Positions 45,366 to 54,300 of a DNA stretch of 64,000 nucleotides are shown here, piece after piece (the stretch's first letter is position 1; each line of letters starts with the position of its first letter). The stretch spans positions 128,001 to 192,000 of the forward strand of contig OZ252098.1 in NCBI GenBank assembly GCA_965248355.1. The letters are read 5' to 3'. The position numbers and the translations under genes were made by a program. Below the pieces are notes generated by a model, which was not told the origin of the DNA, did no database searches, and was given only the letters and a program-made list of their open reading frames with translations. Source of the stretch: Candidatus Latescibacterota bacterium (GTDB lineage: Bacteria; Latescibacterota; UBA2968; UBA8231).

Positions 45366-46768
45366 GCTGTCCATGGTGCAGTGAATGGGTCCTGTGGCTG
45401 CTGGCCGCCGTGGCCGGAGGCACGGCCTGGCTGGTGGGACGGAGCGGGGCTGAGGGCATCGCCCGGCCCATGGGCTGGGGGTCCTTCGTCCTGTTCACCA
45501 TGGGGGCCGGCTTCTGGATGTTCAGCGATACGTACGCCTACTACTACGCCGAGAAGGAGTCGGCCCTGCGCTTTGCCTACTGGGGCTCCTATCGCGAGCA
45601 CCAGATGTGGGGAGAGATCATCCAGGCCTTCAGGCAGCGCTACCCGGAGATCGGCGTCAAGCGGGAGTACATCACGGACCGCTACAGCGAGAAGATCCAG
45701 CAGCTGTTGCTGGCCGACGAGGCGCCGGACGTCATGATGTTCCAGGACGAGCCCTTCCCGCGCTTTGTCTCCAGCGGCAAGTTCGAGGCCCTCGATGCGT
45801 ACTGCCGGCAACCGGACCGGCCGCTGGACCTGGAGAACCACTTCTTCAAGACCTCGGTGCCCCACTTCCAGGTGGATGGCCGGACCTATGGGATCCCGGT
45901 GTTCGGCGGCAACTGCCTGATTCTCTACAACCGCGATGCCTTCCGGGAGGCCGGGTTGCCGGAGCCGCCGGATCGCTGGACCATGGATGAGTTCCTTGCC
46001 ACCTGCCAACGCATCACCGCGGACACCAACGCCGATGGCAGGATGGACCGGTACGCTTTCCTGGTTCCCTCCTGGGTCTACTGGATGCCCTTCCACTTCG
46101 CCTACGGCGGCCGGTACCTCGACCGGACGCGGCGCCACTGGCGCCTGTGGGGCCCCGAGGCCGAGACCTCCTTCGCCTTCTGGCAGGATCTGCGTCATCG
46201 TCACCACGTGGCGCCCCACCGGGACGAACTGGGGGAGACCGGCGGGGTGGCCTTCATGACGGGTCGAGTGGCGATGCAGGTGAACGGGCCGTGGGCGATG
46301 CCGCCGCTCAACGCGGCCGGGGTGAGCTACGATGTGGCCCACACACCGTCCGGTCCGGGGGGGCGGGCCACCCGGGTGACGTGGGACGCGCTGGTGATGT
46401 TCGGCGGATCCCGGAAGAAGGACCAGGCCTGGAAGTTCATCCACTTCGCCCTCGGTCTCGAGGCCCAGGAGATCGTGGCCCGGTACCAGCGCTCGATTCC
46501 CGCCCTCAAGGCGGCCGGACAGGCCTTCATCGACGCCAACCCGGAGGTTCGTGCCGGACGGTTCATCGAGGCCCTCGAGTACTCGCGCTTCCAGCCGATC
46601 ACGGCGAACTGGGCCCTCATGTCCCGGGAGGTGTCCAGCGAGACCGACCTGATGCTCGATGACCGGCAGACGCCGCGCCAGACCCTGCTGGACCTGGTGC
46701 GCAACGTGCACCTGTCCGAGCGATTCATCATGCCCCAGGCGGGATCGGCCGGGGAGACCGGCCGGTAA
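45356..46768 (+). CDS. Carbohydrate ABC transporter substrate-binding protein (SBP_bac_1-like) with an unusual hydrophobic N-terminus
   Basis: LRFAYWG, F...YPEI.V, APDV, YGIP...LYNRDAF.EAG, WT.DEF, F.TGRVAM...GPW, AWKFI; start uncertain. Confidence 0.85.
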   Translation: MLVSCPWCSEWVLWLLAAVAGGTAWLVGRSGAEGIARPMGWGSFVLFTMGAGFWMFSDTYAYYYAEKESALRFAYWGSYREHQMWGEIIQAFRQRYPEIGVKREYITDRYSEKIQQLLLADEAPDVMMFQDEPFPRFVSSGKFEALDAYCRQPDRPLDLENHFFKTSVPHFQVDGRTYGIPVFGGNCLILYNRDAFREAGLPEPPDRWTMDEFLATCQRITADTNADGRMDRYAFLVPSWVYWMPFHFAYGGRYLDRTRRHWRLWGPEAETSFAFWQDLRHRHHVAPHRDELGETGGVAFMTGRVAMQVNGPWAMPPLNAAGVSYDVAHTPSGPGGRATRVTWDALVMFGGSRKKDQAWKFIHFALGLEAQEIVARYQRSIPALKAAGQAFIDANPEVRAGRFIEALEYSRFQPITANWALMSREVSSETDLMLDDRQTPRQTLLDLVRNVHLSERFIMPQAGSAGETGR

Positions 46769-46777
46769 GAGGGCGCC

Positions 46778-47713
46778 ATGAGTCTGCGGACCCGGACCCG
46801 CGAGAGCCTGACGGGCTACCTCTTCGCCATGCCCTGGCTCGTCGGCTTCTTCGGCCTGGCCCTGGGCCCCATGATCGCCTCCTTCCTGCTGGCCTTCATT
46901 CGCTGGGACGGGATCAGCGCGGAGACCATCGGCTGGGTGGGACTGGGCAACTACGCTCGGGCCGCCGCTGATCCCGACGTGGCCATCGCCCTTTGGAACA
47001 CCGCCTACTACAGCTTCATCAGCGTCCCCATGGGTCTGGCCGTGGCCCTGTTTCTGGCCCTCCTCCTGAACCAGCCACTGCGCGGCATCTCCTTCTTCCG
47101 CACCATTTTCTACATGCCGGCCCTGGTAGGGGGGGTGGCGACCATCATGATGTGGCTCTGGGTCTTCAACCCGGAGTACGGGCTGCTCAACTCGATGCTC
47201 CTGCGGGCCGGTCATCTGCTCGCGGCCCTGGGCCTGGAACAGGCGGCCGGGTGGCCCCTTCCCAAGTGGATCTTCAGCGACCTGTGGGCCAAGCCGGCCC
47301 TCATCCTGATGAGCCTGTGGGGCACCGGCTCCTCGATGTTGATCTTCCTGGCGGCCCTGCAGAATGTGCCTGAGTCTCTGTACGAAGCCGCCGAGCTGGA
47401 CGGTGCCGGAAGCTGGAGGAAGTTCGTCTTCATCACCTTGCCCCAGATCTCTCCGGCCCTCTTCTTCAACCTCGTCATGGGCATCATCGGCTCCTTCCAG
47501 GTCTTCACACAAGCCTTCCTGATGACCCAGGGCGGGCCCAACAAGGCTACCCTGTTCTACGTGCTGTATCTGTACAACAAGGCCTTCGGCGACTTCGAGA
47601 TCGGCTACGCGAGCGCCCTGTCGTGGATCCTCTTCGTCATCATCATGGCCTTCACCGCCCTCGTCTTCCGATCGAGCAAGTTCTGGGTCTACTACGAAGG
47701 AGAGGGGCGTTGA
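46778..47713 (+). CDS. Carbohydrate ABC transporter permease
   Basis: GYLFAMPW, GL.NY, FFRTIFYMP, EAA loop LYEAAELDGA, GYASAL. Confidence 0.93.
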   Translation: MSLRTRTRESLTGYLFAMPWLVGFFGLALGPMIASFLLAFIRWDGISAETIGWVGLGNYARAAADPDVAIALWNTAYYSFISVPMGLAVALFLALLLNQPLRGISFFRTIFYMPALVGGVATIMMWLWVFNPEYGLLNSMLLRAGHLLAALGLEQAAGWPLPKWIFSDLWAKPALILMSLWGTGSSMLIFLAALQNVPESLYEAAELDGAGSWRKFVFITLPQISPALFFNLVMGIIGSFQVFTQAFLMTQGGPNKATLFYVLYLYNKAFGDFEIGYASALSWILFVIIMAFTALVFRSSKFWVYYEGEGR

Positions 47714-48588
47714 CTGCCGTGAGCCGGCACCGCATGAGGTCGAGCAGGTACTACCGCCTGCAGCGCGGGCTGCTGCGGGGTGCCCTGTACTCCGTGGCCA
47801 TCGGCCTGTCGATCGTGTTCCTCTTTCCCCTGTTGTGGGCCGTGGGGGCGTCCTTCAAGCCCCTCATCGAGGTCTACCGCTTTCCCCCCACTTTCTTCCA
47901 CTGGCCGCCGCAACTGGGCAACTACTCCGAGGCCCTCTCCAAGCTGCCCTTCCTGCGTTTTCTCGGCAACACCCTGGTGATCACCTTGGCCGTCACCGTC
48001 GGCCAGTTGTTGTCCGGTTCCCTCGTGGGCTATGCCTTTGCCCGCCTGCGGTGGCCAGGCCGCGACCTGTGGTTCGCATGCCTCCTGGGCACCCTGATGC
48101 TCCCGGGGCAGGTCCTGCTGATCCCTCACTACCTGATCTTCAAGAACTTCGGGTGGATCAACACCTACAAGCCCCTCATCGTCCCGGCGTGGCTGGGGGG
48201 CAGCGCCTTCTTCATCTTCCTCTTCCGCCAGTTCTTCAAGGGAGTCCCCGGCGATCTGATCGATGCGGCGAGGATCGACGGCGCCAGCGAGTTGCGCATC
48301 TACGCGAACCTCTTCGTGCCCCTGGCCAAGCCCGTGATGATCACGGTCGGCGTGTTGTGCTTCATACAACAATGGCAGGAGTTCATGATGCCTCTCATCT
48401 ACCTGTCCGACTACGAGCGCTATCCTATTTCACTGGGACTGCGCATGTATCAGCAGGTAGAGGGCGGCGCATTCGTGCATTACCTGATGGCGGCCAGCGC
48501 CGTGGCCCTGGCGCCGCTGCTGGTCCTCTTCTTCCTGGCCCAGCGATTCATCGTCAGGAACCTGCTCTTCACCGGATCGAGAACCTAA
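47710..48588 (+). CDS. Carbohydrate ABC transporter permease
   Basis: GYAFARL, IFLFRQFF, LIDAARIDGAS, PLAKP, FFLAQR. Start may be TTG 47710, GTG 47719 or ATG 47734. Confidence 0.92.
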   Translation: MTAVSRHRMRSSRYYRLQRGLLRGALYSVAIGLSIVFLFPLLWAVGASFKPLIEVYRFPPTFFHWPPQLGNYSEALSKLPFLRFLGNTLVITLAVTVGQLLSGSLVGYAFARLRWPGRDLWFACLLGTLMLPGQVLLIPHYLIFKNFGWINTYKPLIVPAWLGGSAFFIFLFRQFFKGVPGDLIDAARIDGASELRIYANLFVPLAKPVMITVGVLCFIQQWQEFMMPLIYLSDYERYPISLGLRMYQQVEGGAFVHYLMAASAVALAPLLVLFFLAQRFIVRNLLFTGSRT

Positions 48589-48605
48589 CCAGAGAGGGTG
48601 GTCTC

Positions 48606-49298
48606 ATGGAACTGATCAGCGAGCTGTGGAACGCGATGGCCTTCACCGGCAAGACGGTGGTGGTCGTGCTGGCCGTGCTCTCCATCTACTCCTACGCCGT
48701 GATGATCGACCGGGCCCTGGCCCTGCGCTGGGCGCGCGAGAGGTCGGAGGCGCTGGCTGCGGAGTTCGAGGCTGTCATCGACCACAGTGTCGATGTGGGA
48801 GAGCTGAGCAACCATGTGCAGCAGGCCGTGGAGGCGGGTCACAATCCGCTGGGCACGGTGCTGCAGGGGGCCCTGAAGGAGTACGTCATGCTCACAGGTG
48901 AAGAGGAGTCCCACGAGTTGGTGACGGAGGGGGTGGAAGTCGAGGTGGGCCGCGGACTGGACGTGGCCGTGGCCAACCTGCGAGTGCGCTTGCCCGGCAT
49001 GGCCACGATTGTGGGCGTGGCACCGTTCCTGGGGCTCTTCGGAACGGTCACGGGACTGATCTCGGCCTTCAGGGGGATCGCCACCGGCGGCGGCGGGGGA
49101 CTGGCGGCGGTCTCCGCCGGCATCTCGGAGGCGCTGGTGACCACCGTCATCGGCCTCTTCGTAGCCATGCCGGCCCTGTGGGCCTACAACGTCTTCATGC
49201 ACCGGGTGGACAACCTGGCCATCGGGCTTCACAACTCCGCCTCCCGCCTCACGGGCCACTGTGTCCGTCGATTGCTCCGCGCCAGCCGGGCGGCCTGA
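48606..49298 (+). CDS. exbB: MotA/TolQ/ExbB proton channel protein
   Basis: ATIVGVAPFLGLFGTVTGLISAF, VSAGISEALVTTVIGLFVAMPA. Confidence 0.92.
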   Translation: MELISELWNAMAFTGKTVVVVLAVLSIYSYAVMIDRALALRWARERSEALAAEFEAVIDHSVDVGELSNHVQQAVEAGHNPLGTVLQGALKEYVMLTGEEESHELVTEGVEVEVGRGLDVAVANLRVRLPGMATIVGVAPFLGLFGTVTGLISAFRGIATGGGGGLAAVSAGISEALVTTVIGLFVAMPALWAYNVFMHRVDNLAIGLHNSASRLTGHCVRRLLRASRAA

Positions 49299-49313
49299 AG
49301 GGAGGCCCGGGCG

Positions 49314-49754
49314 ATGGCCAAGAAGAGGGTCTTCCACAGCCTGACATTGCGGGCGAGACCGCGCAAGAGCCCCTTGCCCGACGTGACCCCCCTGGTGAAC
49401 GTGGCGCTGGTCCTGCTCATCGTGTTCATGGTGGTCATGCCCATCATCCAGGAGGGCATCCGCGTCGATACGCCGGAAGCCGTGAACCTGACCGAGATCA
49501 CCGAGCAGGGCCAGGAGCACGTCGTCATCTCCTGCAAGGAAGACGGGAGGCTGTACCTGAACATGCGCGAAGTGCCCCTCGAAGGCCTGCGGGAAGAGCT
49601 GGCCAGGGAGTACCGGGGCAAGGAGCACCTTCCCGTCGTCATCAAGGGTGCTCGCAACCGTCCCTACAGCGATATCCTCCAGCTGATCGAGATCTGCCAG
49701 AACGCGGGCGCCTCCGGCGTCGAGCTCATGGCCAGGAAGAAGGGGGGAGGCTGA
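49314..49754 (+). CDS. exbD: ExbD/TolR family protein (TM Asp replaced by Asn)
   Basis: PDVTPLVNVALVLLIVFMV, then VDTPEA, VVIKG...PY.....I. Confidence 0.88.
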   Translation: MAKKRVFHSLTLRARPRKSPLPDVTPLVNVALVLLIVFMVVMPIIQEGIRVDTPEAVNLTEITEQGQEHVVISCKEDGRLYLNMREVPLEGLREELAREYRGKEHLPVVIKGARNRPYSDILQLIEICQNAGASGVELMARKKGGG

Positions 49755-49755
49755 C

Positions 49756-50148
49756 ATGTACACGACGAAGAGCACCCAGTCCGAGTCGACGATCAACGTC
49801 ACCCCTCTGGCGGATGTATCACTCTCCCTCCTGCTCGGGTTCATGGTCATCACGCCGATCATCTTCCAGACGCTCTCGGCAACCCTCCCCCAGGGGGCGG
49901 GCACGGCTTCGGGCCAGGTCAAGCCGGACCCGATCGTGGAGTATACGGCGGACAAGCGCATCCTCCTGGATACGAAGGAGGTCACCATGGAGGAGCTCCT
50001 GCGCAAGATCGACGAACTCTACCCACCTGGATCCAAGGCCAGCCGCAAGGTGATGTTCACGGGCTCCGGCGAGCTTCCGTACGACGAGATCATCACCTTC
50101 CTGGACCAACTTCGGGACCACGGGGTCGAGACCATCGGCATACGATGA
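49756..50148 (+). CDS. exbD: ExbD/TolR family protein (canonical TM Asp)
   Basis: INVTPLADVSLSLLLGFMV, LPYDEII..LD....GV..IG. Confidence 0.88.
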   Translation: MYTTKSTQSESTINVTPLADVSLSLLLGFMVITPIIFQTLSATLPQGAGTASGQVKPDPIVEYTADKRILLDTKEVTMEELLRKIDELYPPGSKASRKVMFTGSGELPYDEIITFLDQLRDHGVETIGIR

Positions 50149-50549
50149 GAGATCATGGGCCGCCCATGGAAGTCCCTTGCCACCGCCTTCGGGGATGGCT
50201 CTCCGAGGGAGACCCCAAGCCGGCCCGTGCCCCGCGGGACGGAGAGAAGGCCTCCACCTCGGCACGGGCTTTGCGGGGCTGCCGGGCGACGAGGCGCCAT
50301 GGCCGCCCTTCCATGGCCAGGACTCCCCCGGCCGGCCCGGAGACGACGCGACCCGCGACCGGTTCGCCGCCCGCCATGGCAGCCTGTGCGACGGTGGCGG
50401 CCCCCCTTAGCGCGACGCGTCGACCACCAGGACCGGCGGCGCGACCGCTCCAAGGCTCCCACCCTTCCTTGTTGCCTCTCCCCGGGTTGCCCCCTGCAGG
50501 ATCGAAAGTGCCTTAGATTCTCTGTCTCCACTCTTCGACGGAGTCGCGC

Positions 50550-51374
50550 ATGAGGCAGCTCCACTGGGCGGTTGCGTTGCTGGCCGGCGTCTGTGCGGCC
50601 CAGGCCGACGTGTACTACGAGGAGGAGGTCGTCCACCCCGGCGTCGGTCCCGCCAAGCGCGGCGCCCGGCGCACGCTCTACAAGGTCTACATCCAGGGAT
50701 CCAGGCAGCGGGTCAGCGCCGATATCGAGACCTCGGAGCAGATGGCCAAGGTGCTGCTGAACCAGGGCAAGAGCCTGCGGACGACGACGATCCTGCACCT
50801 CGATCAGGGCCGGCTCTACGACATCGACCGCACCGCCCTGACTTGGCGTCAGGCGGCTCTGCCGGCCCCGAAGCCGGCGGCCGCCGCCCCCCCGGAAGAC
50901 CCCGAGCGCGAGATCGCCTTCCGAACGCGCGCCCTGCCCGACACCAGGAAGATCGCCGGGATCCTCTGCCGACGGGTGGCGGCGGAGATGACCGCCCGCC
51001 ACTTCCGGACCGGTACCCGGGAGGTGGCGCGCACCAACCGCTACCTCTACCAGGCTTGGATGGCCGAGGGCTTCCCCGGCTACGACGAGATCCAGGCCTT
51101 CCTCCAGATGCAGAAGGCGCGCACCTCGCTGCCGCCCCTCGCCCTCGGCGGCAGCGGTCTGGGCGATACCCTGGAGAGTCCCGAGCGCCTCGAGGACGAG
51201 CTGGAATCCCTCGAGGGATTCCCCATGAGCTCCCGACTGGAGGTCTTCACCGCCACCGGCTCCAGCGCCGAGAAGCAGATCCTGCGCCTCTCGCGCCGGA
51301 TCCTTCAGCTCGCGCACGAACCCCTTCCCGACTCGCTCTTCCAGCCCTCGGCTCAGCTGAAGAGGCTGCGCTGA
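50550..51374 (+). CDS. Secreted DUF4412-like protein
   Basis: Signal peptide ending AAQA; TI..LD.G..Y.ID, TRKIAGILC, W, GFP, PLPDSLFQP pattern. Confidence 0.6.
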   Translation: MRQLHWAVALLAGVCAAQADVYYEEEVVHPGVGPAKRGARRTLYKVYIQGSRQRVSADIETSEQMAKVLLNQGKSLRTTTILHLDQGRLYDIDRTALTWRQAALPAPKPAAAAPPEDPEREIAFRTRALPDTRKIAGILCRRVAAEMTARHFRTGTREVARTNRYLYQAWMAEGFPGYDEIQAFLQMQKARTSLPPLALGGSGLGDTLESPERLEDELESLEGFPMSSRLEVFTATGSSAEKQILRLSRRILQLAHEPLPDSLFQPSAQLKRLR

Positions 51375-51393
51375 GCCGCGGCTGACCCCTCCG

Positions 51394-54300
51394 TTGGCTC
51401 CCCGTCTCCTGGCCGTACTCGGTGCGCTGGCCGCGGCGGCGGTCCTGCTGCTGGCGACCCCGGCCGGCGTGTGGCTCGCGGCCCGCGCGGCCGAGTGGGC
51501 GGCCGGCTCCCGAGGTTACTCCCTGCTCATCGGCGAGACCGGCGGCGCGCTCGTCGCGTCGCCGCGGTTCGGCGATCTGCAGGTGGGGATCTCCGAGGGG
51601 CTCGAGGCCCGGGTGGAGGAGCTGGTCCTGCACCCGTGGGACCGGCGCCTGTCGCTGCGGTCGCCCACGGTCCGCTGGCGCCCGGAGGCCGGAGCGGCCG
51701 GCGCCGACACGGCCGGAGCTCCCGCCCCCGGCGCGGCGCCGCTCCTGCCGCTGGCCGGCCTGCCGGAGATCGACATCTCCGGGGGAGTCCTGGAGCTCAA
51801 GTCCGGCGACGGCCCGTCCCTGGAGCTCCGGGGCATCGAGGCCCACCTCGGGGCCGCGGGACCGTCGGAAGCCGGGCTCGACCTCTCGGCCGAGTCCTGG
51901 TCGATGGTCTCCGGCTCGATCTCGGCCGAAGGCCGCTTGCGCTCGCGCTGGCGGCTGGGGGAGAGACAGGTGCAACTGGACGAGGCGCGGGTCGACTGGG
52001 CGGCCGCCGGCGTGGGCGAGGGCACGGTGCGAGGCCGCGGGAGAGTCGATCTCGGTCCCGGCATGGACGTGGACGCCCACCTGACGCTGGAGGGCCGGGT
52101 TGGATCGCTGCAGGTGGGTCGGCTCGAGGTGAGCGCCCGGGGACCGGCGTCCCCGGCGCGGCTCCAGGTGCGCGCCCTCGGAGAGGGGAGCGAAGCGGCT
52201 CTCGGGGAGATCGGCCTGGTCCTGGCGGGTCTCGTGGACACCTCGGGAATCCGGGCCGACTCGCTCCGGCTGCAGGTCGCCGGCGGCACCCTCCTGGGCC
52301 GCGGCGGCTACCGGCCTGGGCCCGCGAGCCTGGGAGTGGAGGTGGAGCTCCGGGACATCGATCTGGGGCGCCTGCCCATGGAAGGCTGCGCCGGCATCGT
52401 GAACGGCCTGGTGACCGTGGACGGGACCGTCGCCGACCCGCGGGTCTCCGTGGCGCTGAGGTCTGCGGGGCTGGAGGGGGTCGCCCCCGAGCCCGTCGAT
52501 CTGACCCTCGGCGGATCGCTCGAGGGCGGAGAGCTGAGGCTGACGGCGCGCAGCCGCCGTCTCGGTGAGCTGACCGCCTCGGGGGACCTGTCGCCGCAGA
52601 CCGGGCGCTACGACCTGCAGCTGTCCGGCGATCTGGACCTCGGCCCCTGGCTCGGTTCGGCCCTGCCCGCGTCGGTGCGCGGTCGCTGGCGGCCGGAAAC
52701 CCTGGACGTGCGGCTGCAGTCGGAGCGGCTGCCCTTCGGGCTCGGCCTGCCCGGCCCCCTGGTGGCAGACGCGACCCTGCGCGATTTCCGCCACCTCGAC
52801 CTCACGCTGAGCCTCGGTACGGGCCAGTTGAGCGCCCGTCTGGGCACCGACCTGAGCTCTCCGCAACTCGACACCCTCTCCGCCGCGGCCCTGGGTGTGG
52901 ACCTGTCCCAACTGGCCGCGATGGTCGAGGGAGAGGCGTCGGGAAGCGCCGCTGTCGACGGTCTGCTCGGGGAGGACGGCCGGGGCGGCCTGCAGCTGCA
53001 GGTGGACGATCTGCGCCTGGCCGGATGGAGCCTGGGCCCAACGAGCCTGGCCGCCGACTACGTTCGGGGCGCCATCGAGCTGTCGGCCGAGGCTCCGGGC
53101 GTCGATATGCAGGCCCGGGTCGACACGGCGGGGCAGACCCGGGTGCAGGCCTCCCTGCAGGACGCGGTCCTGCGGCGGGTCGGCGCCTCGGATTCCGTGC
53201 GGGTCCGCGGCCGGGCGTCCGCCGCCGGCAACCTGCACGACCCGCTGGCCGGTTCCCTCGATGTGCGCATCGACGAGGCGGCGGCTTCCGTCGGCGGCTG
53301 GCCTCTGGCGCTGAGCCCCTCCGTCCTCGAGTACGCGGACGGCCGGGGCCTCCTGCATCCCAGCCTCCTGCGCACGCCCCTGGGCGAGGTTCGCCTGTGG
53401 GGAGAGGTCGACGACGGCCATCTCGACCTGACGGCGGCCCTGGACTCCGTCGAGTCCACGGGCCTCGCGGACCTCACGGCCCGGGGGCGCGCCACCCTGC
53501 GGCTGGAGGGCGCTCCCCTGGCGCCGGACCTCGCCCTGCGGGCGGACCTCGAGGACCTCGCTCTTCACGGACGCCCGATCGGCGCCCTGAGCGCGGCCCT
53601 GGACCTGCGCGACAGCCTGCGCGCCTCCCTCGAGCTGCGGCAGGACACCTCCCGAGCCGTTCAGCTGGACCTTCGTCTGGAGTCCCCGGCGACGGCTGTC
53701 CGCGGAGGGCCTGCCGGGGGCGGCGACAGTCTGAGGATGCGGCTGCGGGCCGAGGGGCTCGACGCATCCTGGCTGGCGACCCACGTCCTCGAGGACTCCA
53801 CCGGTCTCAGGGTGAGCGCCGAGGCGGATCTCTCCCTGCCGGCGGGACAGGTGCTCGAGGGGTTCAACTGGGTCGATCTGGCGGGGAGCCTCCGTCTGAG
53901 CGAGCTGACCATGGACCGGGAGCGCCTGCGCCTGCGTCTCCCCGAACCGGCCGCCGCGCACCTGGCGCGCGGCGAGGCCCGAATCGATGGGCTCGAGCTC
54001 CCCGTCCTGCTCTTCCGGCGGGACCCCGGCCGCTTCGAGAAGGCCGGCGCCCTGAGTCTGGAGGCTGGACCCGGGGAGGGTGGAGAAGGGGTCCGGCTTC
54101 GCCTGACGGACCTGGATCTGGAGGCGGTGTCCATGGCGATTCCGGGCCGGCCCGACCTGCCGGCGGGCCGGATCGACGGGAGCCTGGAGCTGATCCTCCT
54201 CGACGCAGGGGCCTCCGTGGGCGCTCAGGCCTGCGCCGACCTGGAGGGCCTGGGCTACCTGGAGGCGCGTCTGTGGTCCGGCGCCGGGCGCTGGACCGCC

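Noticed and set aside
44253-48588. Definite sialic-acid utilisation locus
   Set aside because: Asp boxes indicate only a BNR propeller. No nan catabolic genes are present and ABC specificity cannot be read from the sequence.
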